DNA of 64,000 nt from positions 5,908-69,907 of the IMG/VR virus record IMGVR_UViG_3300027791_000015; one strand, given 5' to 3'. The first letter of the stretch is position 1; each line of letters starts with the position of its first letter. The stretch comes from a virus. Made by a program: the position numbers and the translations under genes. The notes under the pieces were generated by a model. The model worked only from the letters and a program-made list of their open reading frames with translations, ran no database searches and was not told the origin of the DNA. This document shows positions 9,565-18,778 of the stretch, one piece after another.

Positions 9565-12500
9565 TTATGCATTCGGTAAACTATATGAGACACTTAAACC
9601 GTCATAATTTGTTCCATATCCAATTGCATTAGCTGGAACATTAATGGTTGTGGCTGATATCCTTTCAAAATTCGTCGCGTTGGGCTCGGCGATGCTTGTG
9701 TCTATTGGGTTTAATGTTGGGGCGTTTTTCGAAAGGAAGTTAACTGTGGCTAGATTATTACAATCCTTGAAAGTATAAGGTCCAATCGAGTTCACGCTGG
9801 CTGGGAACGTAATGGTAGTCAAGTTAGGCATGGTAGTGAAAGCACCCCGTCCAATTTCCCTTACGCCGTTGGGAATCGCAATAGTGTTGAAGGCAGTGTG
9901 GCCGAACGCACCCTCTTCAATCACTTTCACGCTATTGGGAATCGTAAAGCTGTTCAGGCTATCGCAGTGACCGAATGTACCCCTTGGAATTGAGGCAAGG
10001 TTGACGGGTAAGACAGCGCTAGTCAGGCTACTGCAGTCAAAGAATAACTCTGTTCCAAGTGTTTGTACACTATAAGGGATGAAAATACTGGTCAGGCTAC
10101 GGCAGTTGGCGAATGCCTGAGCTGCGATCAATTCCACGCTGTTAGGAATCGTAATACTACTTAGGCTAGTGCAGCCTCGAAATGCAAGAGAATAAATAAA
10201 TCTCACACTGTTAGGAATCGTAATGCTAGGCAGGCTAGAGCAGCCGTCGAATGACTGTTGCCCAATATGGGTCACTCCGTCGGGGATCGTAACGCTGGTC
10301 AGGGAAGTGCAGTTACCTAATAACATACCTGCAATCACTCTCACTCTGTCGCCGAAGGAAATGCTGCTTAGGCTTGTGCAGCGATTGAATGCACCAATGT
10401 CAATGAAGTTTACGAAGTCGTGGATCGTAATACTGGTCAGGCCAGAGCAGCCAAAGAATGCCCAACTCCCAATTGTGACCACGCTGTCTGGGATTATAAT
10501 GTTAGTTATGTTAGCGCAGTTTAAGAATGCAGAATTTCCAATCGCGACCACTGGTAATTCATCCGGTGATTGTGATGTATCTAGATGGGTACTGGGAATT
10601 TCTTTGTCACCTGAGGCGGATTTAAGACATTCGATTAGAGTATATTCATCGCCTCGATCGTTCAGTTGGAAGGTAAACTCTGGAGCAAGGGCATAAATTG
10701 TTCTGTCTATATTGAAAAAGTCTCTAATATTACAATTATCATCGCCAAGGAATTCAAATTCATCAATTCTATACTCTCCGATTGCTTCATCAAAGAGATA
10801 ACTTGGCCGATCTACATCTCCGAGATTTCTGTAAGGAAAGATATGAATATCAGAGATTTTATTTCCTACATATATCTCTTGATTTAACCCAATGCCGTCT
10901 ATAAATAAATGTGAATCTATAGGATTTGCAGGAATAGTAACATTTGTACCAAAGGATTTGTATATTAATTCGTCCTGCATACTAATATCCCATCCTCTAT
11001 TTAAATTTTCAATATCTATAGATGGATTGTAATAAGAAGATCCAGAATATCCAACACTACCTCCGCTAAACTCAATTGAATACGCATTTTCATCAACAAA
11101 GCCCAAGGGGTTGATTGTTTTCAACAAACTTCGATCAAAACATATACCAGAATTAAAAACTGCAGCACCAGTTAATAATTTTGGTCTTTCCGTTATATTT
11201 GGAACATAATTATTTTTATTTAAAGATTGGTCTTTCCACTCGGTAACAAAAACCTCTCCACTCTGTGCAAACTGTTTTACATTTTCAATATTAATATAGT
11301 TATTGTAAAAATAAATATCTTTACTTTCTCCATCACTAGCTCTTTGTACGGTCATAATGCACCCAGTAAAGCCTGGATTCACCCTAGAAAGAGATAATAG
11401 CAAATTAGCGACGTGAAAGTTATAAGGATAGTTGGTGTTATAGCCTGAAACCTCAATCGTAGGTAGGTCTTCGAAACATGCACCACTTTTAGAAGCTATG
11501 AAATCTCCAGTTAAAGTAAATCCAACGTCATCGCCAGTAGCTTCTGGAAGCTCTCCAAAAACTACTTCACCAACTGTATCCGCCATAAATAAATCTTCAA
11601 AACCAGAAATAGTCGTGTCATATATTTTTTCATATGTATATACACCTCTTTTAACAGCTGAAAGGAAATTCTGGTCGACTATACCAGTTTCTGTAATATA
11701 TCCAGCGATCCCGCTTCCCGTTATATCGTAATATCCAGTGATTTCTCCAGTATATGATATAAATTTTCTTACAATTTCTGTGGTGTATGCGCCTGGCTGA
11801 AGATTCACTTCTCCGTCTGGCAAAAAGTTGGCTGGATCAAAGAAAGATGCGCCGTAACCAGTTCTAATAATCCCAGTAAGCTGTTCTTCGTTAAAAGTTC
11901 CAGTGCCAATAATATTATTGACTATTCCTGTAATTACCTGCGATCCAAAAGGAACGAATCCAGAAAAACGAGTTGTTGACATTCCTGCTAAATTAATATC
12001 GGTATCAACGATACCACTTCCAAGTCCAGTTAAAAGCAGCTCATAATCATTAACAATCTGTCCAGTAGGTTCAGCATAACCAGTTAAAATTCCTGTTCCT
12101 ACGCCAGTTTGAATAACACCAGAAGCATCTAAGCCAGAAACCAAACCAGTCTTAGAAATAGAAACTGTATTTATTCCTGTAACTACAGCATCTTCGGTAT
12201 GAGAAAAATCTCTAAAAAAAGCCTTATCTCTAAATATGTCACCAGTCTGCCCAGAAAGATGAGACAGCGAAACACCAATGTTTGCACCATTAAAATCGGC
12301 GTAATAGCTAGTAACAGTAATAGATCCAGATAGTCCGTCGAAGTCTGCAACAAAAGGCTGTATGTTCAAATAAGAACTAGACCTTATAGTTGAAGGTAAA
12401 TTTCCTCCAGTTAGACTATAAGCATATTCTATTTGGCCAAAATTTGTATAAAATAATAAATCAGCTACTCCGCTTAAATTTTGTGACTGAGAAGGGGTCA

Positions 12501-13065
12501 AAAGAAATTTTGCTCCGCCTAACAGTTCATATCCCGTTACTTCTTGATAAGTGTCTATGGAAAAATCTACTGGAACATCTGAAGAAACTAGTTCTCCACT
12601 AAATACCGTAAAAGATAATGGTGGGTCAATATTATTTATAAAACCCGTTAAGGTTTCATCGGCTACTATTTTATCAGAACTTGTAGTAATTGAATACGAT
12701 GGGGTTTGTCCAAAAAAAGTAAATCCAATATTTTCTGGTTGCTCGTTAATAGCAAATACTCCAGATATTTTTCCATTCGGTAAGGTTTCTCCTACAACTT
12801 TTGGAACCCCGTTTATGAAATATTCGTGTTGGTTATTCTTTAAATTTCCAGAAATAATAAAACTACTATTATTAGAATAACTATCTACAAAGCCCGTGTT
12901 TCTGTCAAAAATTTTACCACCAGCAAATTTATAGTCTATGTTATAGTCTCCAGTTAAACCAACATGAATATCTGAAGATCTGGTCTTGGTTATAACGTTA
13001 AAAACATAACTATAATCACCAGTTTGATCTGCAATGCTTCTAAAATTTTTGCCGCTTAATATCAT
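9565..13065 (-). CDS. SG/TG-rich tail-tip/fibre protein with lectin-like domain and C-terminal BspA LRR array
   Basis: SG/TG-rich N-terminal half; LSLSRVNPGFTGCIMTVQRASDG...VFVTEWKDQS resembles the concanavalin-like (arabinofuranosidase-B-like) module of phage fibres; 12 LRR units at the C-terminus; TAATG-coupled to the upstream gene. Confidence 0.75.
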   Translation of the reverse strand: MILSGKNFRSIADQTGDYSYVFNVITKTRSSDIHVGLTGDYNIDYKFAGGKIFDRNTGFVDSYSNNSSFIISGNLKNNQHEYFINGVPKVVGETLPNGKISGVFAINEQPENIGFTFFGQTPSYSITTSSDKIVADETLTGFINNIDPPLSFTVFSGELVSSDVPVDFSIDTYQEVTGYELLGGAKFLLTPSQSQNLSGVADLLFYTNFGQIEYAYSLTGGNLPSTIRSSSYLNIQPFVADFDGLSGSITVTSYYADFNGANIGVSLSHLSGQTGDIFRDKAFFRDFSHTEDAVVTGINTVSISKTGLVSGLDASGVIQTGVGTGILTGYAEPTGQIVNDYELLLTGLGSGIVDTDINLAGMSTTRFSGFVPFGSQVITGIVNNIIGTGTFNEEQLTGIIRTGYGASFFDPANFLPDGEVNLQPGAYTTEIVRKFISYTGEITGYYDITGSGIAGYITETGIVDQNFLSAVKRGVYTYEKIYDTTISGFEDLFMADTVGEVVFGELPEATGDDVGFTLTGDFIASKSGACFEDLPTIEVSGYNTNYPYNFHVANLLLSLSRVNPGFTGCIMTVQRASDGESKDIYFYNNYINIENVKQFAQSGEVFVTEWKDQSLNKNNYVPNITERPKLLTGAAVFNSGICFDRSLLKTINPLGFVDENAYSIEFSGGSVGYSGSSYYNPSIDIENLNRGWDISMQDELIYKSFGTNVTIPANPIDSHLFIDGIGLNQEIYVGNKISDIHIFPYRNLGDVDRPSYLFDEAIGEYRIDEFEFLGDDNCNIRDFFNIDRTIYALAPEFTFQLNDRGDEYTLIECLKSASGDKEIPSTHLDTSQSPDELPVVAIGNSAFLNCANITNIIIPDSVVTIGSWAFFGCSGLTSITIHDFVNFIDIGAFNRCTSLSSISFGDRVRVIAGMLLGNCTSLTSVTIPDGVTHIGQQSFDGCSSLPSITIPNSVRFIYSLAFRGCTSLSSITIPNSVELIAAQAFANCRSLTSIFIPYSVQTLGTELFFDCSSLTSAVLPVNLASIPRGTFGHCDSLNSFTIPNSVKVIEEGAFGHTAFNTIAIPNGVREIGRGAFTTMPNLTTITFPASVNSIGPYTFKDCNNLATVNFLSKNAPTLNPIDTSIAEPNATNFERISATTINVPANAIGYGTNYDGLSVSYSLPNA

Positions 13066-16000
13066 TAATTTATAAGTCCTTGTGTAGCCTGAGTATAATT
13101 CGAGTGCCTGCTAGTTCTTCTTTGTAATGAATCTATCAATCTTCTTGTAACATCTATAGAAACTGGCTGCATAATTCTATTTCCAAAAACGTAATTTGAA
13201 GTGACTCCATCTGAAGATATATTAATATTAAAAGACTCCAGACCTTTAGTTATCATCTCTGACCCTATTTGGTCAGAGATACCAGCAATAGATATTTTTA
13301 TACTTCTACGAGGTTGTTCAATATTATGTGTCAAATTGAGATTAAACTCTTCATGCAATTTTTCTAATAATTCGTCGCTAGGAGTACATTGTTGGGTACT
13401 TAAATCTTTTCTATAAAATAAATTTAGATCGTCTACTGGAGTTTGATACAAGTTTATATTAAATTTGGCGAAGCTCGTTTCAAATTGTTCTATATTCTCT
13501 TGAATCATGTGTTCTACTTTAGGAATAAAAACTTCAACTTGTTTTTGATATTCTAAAATAGCTCTGTAACTTCTAGGGTCGAAAGTGTCCAATGAAGGTA
13601 TCATGATTCGTTTGCCCGATGGAGTGTCAAATCCGTGAGGTGGAGCATAAATTTTAAATCCATTTACTTCCACTCTTGTACATACAGATGATTGTAAACC
13701 CAACTTTTCAATGCACTCTCCCTTTATACATTGGTATTCAGAAAAGGTTTCTCCATCTAGAACATCAAAAGATCCACAGGTTACATCATCTGAGCAAAAA
13801 TTGGAATCTACACATTCCCCCTGTTTACATGTATCTCCGTCAATCTCTCTTTTGGTGGCTCTCCAAGCAGTAGAGTTTTCTTTCAACTCACTCAGTTTAA
13901 TCTCTAATTTCGCAAGTCTCTCTGGGTTTTTCTCTCCTGAGAAACAATCTGTATCATCTTCACAGTCTCCATAACAGCCAGAAGATACGTCTCTGCCTCT
14001 ACTCTCCGTAGAGTTTACTTTTATTGAAGGATGTAATTGATCTCTCTCTATATCGAATCCGCTGCTAAAATCATCTGGATATACAACAAATAGCTTGACG
14101 TTATCATCACTAATATGTTCTGGAGCATAATTTTTTATTAAGTTGGCAAACGTCGCTTTATCTGTTACTTTTATCTCTTTCATCCTCTTCCTTTCGTAAA
14201 TATCAAGGAGTGTCTTTATTTCATTTGTAGCGCCTTCCTGCGGGTACCAGTTGTTTGAAGCTTGTTGTATTACTACTCCTTGATCAAAAACATTTTCATC
14301 ATCTTGGACAATTCGAATCTCTTTGTTCTGCACTTTTTCTTGCAATCTTCCAACAACCGAGCCCTGACTGTGACCAAAATCAAATAGAGGGCTTTCTAAA
14401 AACTTTTTAGTACTTGGGTCATCAAAATCATAGTATGTTCCACCCCCTTTTATCGTAATATTCTTTCTGCTATAATCTTTTCGTTTATATTTGTCATATC
14501 CACAAAAACTTAATTTATCAGTGGCGTCTATTTCTTTCGCAAAATATTTTCCAATGAATTCAGATCCTAATCTTTTTTCATTTTCTATGACCTTGTCCAA
14601 GAGCGCATCTTTTCTAGAAGCCAACATAAAATATCCTCTAGAAAAGCTTTCAACAGCAATTGTACTGCCCCCGTCTCCTTCTTGTGTCACAGAAATATCC
14701 TCACCTCCAAAAAGTGGAACCTTAGCGAAAAAGTCTTCTTCTTCTGGAGTAGGGTTCCATAATTCCTTAATTTTACGGATTGCCTTTGCATCATGGTCAA
14801 GAATCTCACCCGGCCCTTGACCAAAACGAGTTCCCTTGTTATAATATGTCACCGCTGGTGTGTCATCCGCATCCCTAGGAAAAAAGAAAGCCAAGGCCTT
14901 TAGTGATCCAAGCTGCGGAATCCCTCTTTGTTGCGCTATCTCAACCAAAGTGTCTGGTTTCAATCCGTCTATTCCTTCTGATCTTGTAAGTCTAAAATCT
15001 CCGCCTAATCCTTCTTCGCCTTCTATATCATCGCGAAGTTGGAATGTTAGATCTTCTCCCTCTGCACTTGGCGAGCTTGTGGTTTCCGCAGGACCTATGT
15101 ACTGGAGTTGAACAATAGCTTCACGATTCCTATCTGCCCCATACATTTTTCCCCACCAAAAATGTTCTCTTAAAGCTGTGCTATATTTTGCAAGGGCAAT
15201 AGATATTTCTAAGTCCTCAAAAGATACTAAATCGCTTCCGTCTTCTGGCTCTTTTCCCATAATGGCTTCATCGTTTGTATCGTTGTATAAGTCTGATAAA
15301 GTGATAGGCTTTAAGTCCAATTTAACACTAGTATTACAGTTATAGACTTTCCTTTCTCCGCCTTGCTTATAAAGAGATACGCTACCAGAATTTTTAGTAT
15401 TTTCGATGCTTTGTGTTTCTTCGAAAGTTATGATGTTTTCATTTTCTAGCTCTTCTTTGCCAATAATATCGGCCTCAACTTTGGTGTCAATAAATTTAAG
15501 AACAGGTTCCCCTTCAGCATTATGCTCGAAATAAAAGTTGAAAGAAAAGTCTGCTCCCCATCTTTTTAGAACTTCCCTCAAGGTTCCTTCATACTGTGCA
15601 TAATACTTATCATTAGTTTCTGGTATACTTTCATCCACTACTATCTCTATATTAGCTTCCTCAAAAAACGCTTTAATTGCTTCGATTAATGAAGCAAAAT
15701 TATATCTAACATCAAAAATCTCAGTACACTCCAAATCTAAACATCTTTGACGATCTAAGCTACCATCATATTTATCTTCTGGACAATTTGGACATGGATC
15801 ACACCCATCTACTTTAAATATATCTTCGTCAAGATTTAAATATCCGTCTCGATTAGTGTCACAGGGATGAAACTCTCTCCCCATTAAAATTAAAGGTGTA
15901 ATCTCTTCATCTTCGGTACGTTGAATGTGAAAGGCTGGTCTTTCTTGATCGGAAGCGTCTAGACCATCTAGTGAAGCTAATATATCTTTTTTATTATAGC

Positions 16001-16394
16001 TCTTCTTTCTTGCTTCTGTCCCACTCTCATCAACGGGGAATCTTGGTATAATTCCGTGCTTCTTGTGTAGTCCAATATAAATTTTATCAAGGCTCATACT
16101 AGCGTCAAAAAAGGTTAGCTCCAGTACTTTCCCCGATTTGTTTACGCTTGTTCGCGTCTTAATTAGAGAGTATTGTCCTAAATTTTTATCCCCTACTTCT
16201 ATTTCATAAGCCTCTTGAACAGATCTGGCATTTAGTGTTGGAGTTTCATAATCGCCTGTTTCATTAACAATATTTATAGTAATGGTAGATGGCGAATTTG
16301 AAAAATTATTTGTAAAGGAAGCATTATATATTTTGCCTCCAAATATTTCAGGATTACCGTCAATTTTTATTGCTTCTGTTTCTATTTCTTTCAT
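13065..16394 (-). CDS. Putative tail tip/baseplate hub protein with Cys-rich inserts
   Basis: 1109 aa at the distal end of the tail module; YEGTLREVLKRWGADFSFNFYF is hub-like; DxNxDG loop and Cys clusters present. Function inferred from position. Confidence 0.55.
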   Translation of the reverse strand: MKEIETEAIKIDGNPEIFGGKIYNASFTNNFSNSPSTITINIVNETGDYETPTLNARSVQEAYEIEVGDKNLGQYSLIKTRTSVNKSGKVLELTFFDASMSLDKIYIGLHKKHGIIPRFPVDESGTEARKKSYNKKDILASLDGLDASDQERPAFHIQRTEDEEITPLILMGREFHPCDTNRDGYLNLDEDIFKVDGCDPCPNCPEDKYDGSLDRQRCLDLECTEIFDVRYNFASLIEAIKAFFEEANIEIVVDESIPETNDKYYAQYEGTLREVLKRWGADFSFNFYFEHNAEGEPVLKFIDTKVEADIIGKEELENENIITFEETQSIENTKNSGSVSLYKQGGERKVYNCNTSVKLDLKPITLSDLYNDTNDEAIMGKEPEDGSDLVSFEDLEISIALAKYSTALREHFWWGKMYGADRNREAIVQLQYIGPAETTSSPSAEGEDLTFQLRDDIEGEEGLGGDFRLTRSEGIDGLKPDTLVEIAQQRGIPQLGSLKALAFFFPRDADDTPAVTYYNKGTRFGQGPGEILDHDAKAIRKIKELWNPTPEEEDFFAKVPLFGGEDISVTQEGDGGSTIAVESFSRGYFMLASRKDALLDKVIENEKRLGSEFIGKYFAKEIDATDKLSFCGYDKYKRKDYSRKNITIKGGGTYYDFDDPSTKKFLESPLFDFGHSQGSVVGRLQEKVQNKEIRIVQDDENVFDQGVVIQQASNNWYPQEGATNEIKTLLDIYERKRMKEIKVTDKATFANLIKNYAPEHISDDNVKLFVVYPDDFSSGFDIERDQLHPSIKVNSTESRGRDVSSGCYGDCEDDTDCFSGEKNPERLAKLEIKLSELKENSTAWRATKREIDGDTCKQGECVDSNFCSDDVTCGSFDVLDGETFSEYQCIKGECIEKLGLQSSVCTRVEVNGFKIYAPPHGFDTPSGKRIMIPSLDTFDPRSYRAILEYQKQVEVFIPKVEHMIQENIEQFETSFAKFNINLYQTPVDDLNLFYRKDLSTQQCTPSDELLEKLHEEFNLNLTHNIEQPRRSIKISIAGISDQIGSEMITKGLESFNINISSDGVTSNYVFGNRIMQPVSIDVTRRLIDSLQRRTSRHSNYTQATQGLIN

Positions 16395-16401
16395 CTTTTA
16401 T

Positions 16402-16429
16402 ATTATCTTATAAATTGTTTTTTTTTCAA
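16402..16429 (-). promoter_or_regulatory. Putative sigma70-like promoter
   Basis: Minus strand TTGAAA-N16-GATAAT, 7 nt before the ATG at 16394. Confidence 0.4.
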
Positions 16430-16435
16430 TCAAAC

Positions 16436-18484
16436 CTATGCTCGCTCTAAATTTTCCCTGTTTTCGGTCAAAAGATTATTTCTATTTTGTAGCAGTATAG
16501 TATTACCCAAAATAGATTCTTGAAAAAACTTGTTTATACTGCCGAAGGAGTCTCCCCTTATTTCAAATATCCCAGATTTTAACCTTTTGTTATTGGCTGT
16601 TTCTAAATATTCCAAATTATGCAACATCTTTTTACCATTTGAGAATACCATTGAGCTTTTTTCAAAAAATTTATTAAAACTTAAATAATTATGATCTCCA
16701 CTATTAATTTCAAAATCATCATTAAACTCCATAGCTTTGAATTGTCCGACTGGTAGAGTATGAACCGATCCAGAACCGGTCAAGATTGTATATAAAGTGT
16801 TGTTTTCTCCAGTAAATAGCATAGAAGTCTCACCTGACAGGGTATACGTGTTACTAACATCTCTAATTTTTAACCCAGATAGATTTCCATAAGTAAAGGC
16901 TTCGGAAGAGTTTAGGCCGCTTCCAGTGATTTTATTATCTATTACATCATAATTCTCTCCCGATATCTGCAAGTAACCGTTATAAAATGAGAAAAAACCG
17001 CTATTTAAATCATTTTGTGGAATCTTGAAAGATCTTTTAGTATTATTGTATGTTACAATATTATTTAGGTTTAAATCCCCCGAAGAAACCAAAGATTGAT
17101 TTGAAAAAGAGGGGGCCATATTTTTTTTAATAAAAATAGAGTCAAATCCATACTGATCAGTGTAGCCTTCATCAGCATAAAATCCGCACGATTGATCAAC
17201 AAGATCATTCGCAACGACTTCCTTAGTGGTTCCGCTCTCAACCGTAGTAGATTCAATACCGCTTATGAAACCAGTTAGAGGTATAAAGTTAAAACCACTT
17301 ATAATTCCAGTGCCACTTTCAAATGAGAATATAGGCTCAACATTTCCACATTCGTTCAAGCAATTGTATTCAAATATAAGATCTGTAAACTGTCCAGTGC
17401 TTAAAGTTATTTGAGTCTCAAAACCAGTAACAAGCTGTCTCTGTAAAAGAATAGAGATATCTTCTTCTTCATTTCGAATATTTGACTCTGTAAAATTACC
17501 GCTATACTCAATAAAAAAGTTTCCTTTTTTTACTCCTATTTTATTTCCATTTCCATAAAGTGTCTCTCTATTTCCACAAAGATCAGAAATGTATCCAGTT
17601 TTTACAATACTACTATCAAACGGAATGTTCTCTTTTAAAACTGAAAATTGTCCAGAGATATCAGTATATTCTTTAAAAAGGTATTTAACACCACTGTTAA
17701 TATATCCAGTTTGATATACCTGCGTTCCAGTTAAACTGACTAAGCCCAAAGAATCCTCGCTTACAGCGAAAAATCCAGAAAATATCTTATTTAATTTTGT
17801 AGAATTTATTTTTTTATTGAAATAAACAAAGTTGTCTATTGTTCCGCTAAAACTTGACTCCAATATTTGTTCGTTCGGAGTTCCGCCAATGAACCATTTT
17901 TCACCATGAGAAATCCCTCCTATTGAGAAGCTCTCTAAGTCAAACTGTTTTCTATCAAAATTATATCTTCCTATATTAAAGTTTGTTCCGTTTTTATTTA
18001 CAACCAATCCATTGTAGCTGGCATAATTCAATTTTGAAACAAAAATTCCAGAAGGTGACTCAAGATATAAGTTATGAGTATCATTAAATCCTATGTTAAA
18101 GCCTTTCTTGCCAGACAGACTGCTAAAGATAATACCATTATTGGTCCCAGACTTGTTAGCGGTAATCATAACTGTCCAGTTTGAAGCGCCAGATAAATTA
18201 TTTGAATTATCAATTTCTAAAAAACTTGAGCTTCCGTTAGAAAATTTATTAAAATTTCCACTGCCCTTTTCGTCATAAAATCCATCATAATTTTCGCCAA
18301 TAGCATTATAGGGTGTTATTCCTGAATTTTTATTGTAAACTATGGGTCTATAAGTATCGCCTGCCGCAAAGAAGCCGTTTGATGGTAATTCTTCAAGGTT
18401 TCCAGTTTCAAAATCATAATATATGTCGATGTCCGACAAATTATTACCCTTGCTCCCATAAAAATCCAAAAAATCCTTTACCAT
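16436..18484 (-). CDS. LamG/concanavalin-A-like domain virion protein, SG/TG-rich
   Basis: NWTVMITANK...GIIFSS...WFIGG...SFSGTIDNFVYFNKKINSTKLNKIF is a LamG-type pattern. Confidence 0.7.
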   Translation of the reverse strand: MVKDFLDFYGSKGNNLSDIDIYYDFETGNLEELPSNGFFAAGDTYRPIVYNKNSGITPYNAIGENYDGFYDEKGSGNFNKFSNGSSSFLEIDNSNNLSGASNWTVMITANKSGTNNGIIFSSLSGKKGFNIGFNDTHNLYLESPSGIFVSKLNYASYNGLVVNKNGTNFNIGRYNFDRKQFDLESFSIGGISHGEKWFIGGTPNEQILESSFSGTIDNFVYFNKKINSTKLNKIFSGFFAVSEDSLGLVSLTGTQVYQTGYINSGVKYLFKEYTDISGQFSVLKENIPFDSSIVKTGYISDLCGNRETLYGNGNKIGVKKGNFFIEYSGNFTESNIRNEEEDISILLQRQLVTGFETQITLSTGQFTDLIFEYNCLNECGNVEPIFSFESGTGIISGFNFIPLTGFISGIESTTVESGTTKEVVANDLVDQSCGFYADEGYTDQYGFDSIFIKKNMAPSFSNQSLVSSGDLNLNNIVTYNNTKRSFKIPQNDLNSGFFSFYNGYLQISGENYDVIDNKITGSGLNSSEAFTYGNLSGLKIRDVSNTYTLSGETSMLFTGENNTLYTILTGSGSVHTLPVGQFKAMEFNDDFEINSGDHNYLSFNKFFEKSSMVFSNGKKMLHNLEYLETANNKRLKSGIFEIRGDSFGSINKFFQESILGNTILLQNRNNLLTENRENLERA

Positions 18485-18492
18485 GACACATT

Positions 18493-18520
18493 ATTACACA
18501 TTTTATCTGCGTGTAAGAAA
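18493..18520 (-). promoter_or_regulatory. Putative phage late promoter
   Basis: TTTCTT-N16-TGTAAT, 8 nt before ATG 18484. Confidence 0.7.
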
Positions 18521-18548
18521 TTTCTCTTTTTGTAGGAAAAACTGTAAT
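18521..18548 (+). promoter_or_regulatory. Putative phage late promoter (divergent partner)
   Basis: TTTCTC-N16-TGTAAT, 8 nt before ATG 18557. Confidence 0.75.
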
Positions 18549-18556
18549 ATCCCCTT

Positions 18557-18778
18557 ATGAGAAGGATTATTAGGGATAAAGGAATAGAAAAAAATGTTAA
18601 TGATGTTAATGATGTTGTAAATATTTTTTTTGGACTTAAAAAGGGAAAATTGCCAGAAAAGTTTAAGGATCTTCATGAGCAATATCTTAAAGAATTAGAA
18701 TATAGAGGTGGTTGTTCTGGTTGCAGAAAAAACGCAATTCAGAAGAAGTATAGAAACAACATATTACAAAATAGTTAA
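18557..18778 (+). CDS. Small basic CxxC protein
   Basis: 73 aa, GGCSGCRKN; preceded by the promoter motif and directly abuts the next ATG. Confidence 0.7.
   Translation: MRRIIRDKGIEKNVNDVNDVVNIFFGLKKGKLPEKFKDLHEQYLKELEYRGGCSGCRKNAIQKKYRNNILQNS

Noticed and set aside
5236-10696. Many plus-strand ORFs with repeating [15 protein letters not shown] text (also minus-strand at 52157-55143)
   Set aside because: Antisense shadows of the LRR codon scaffold; no independent starts or context.
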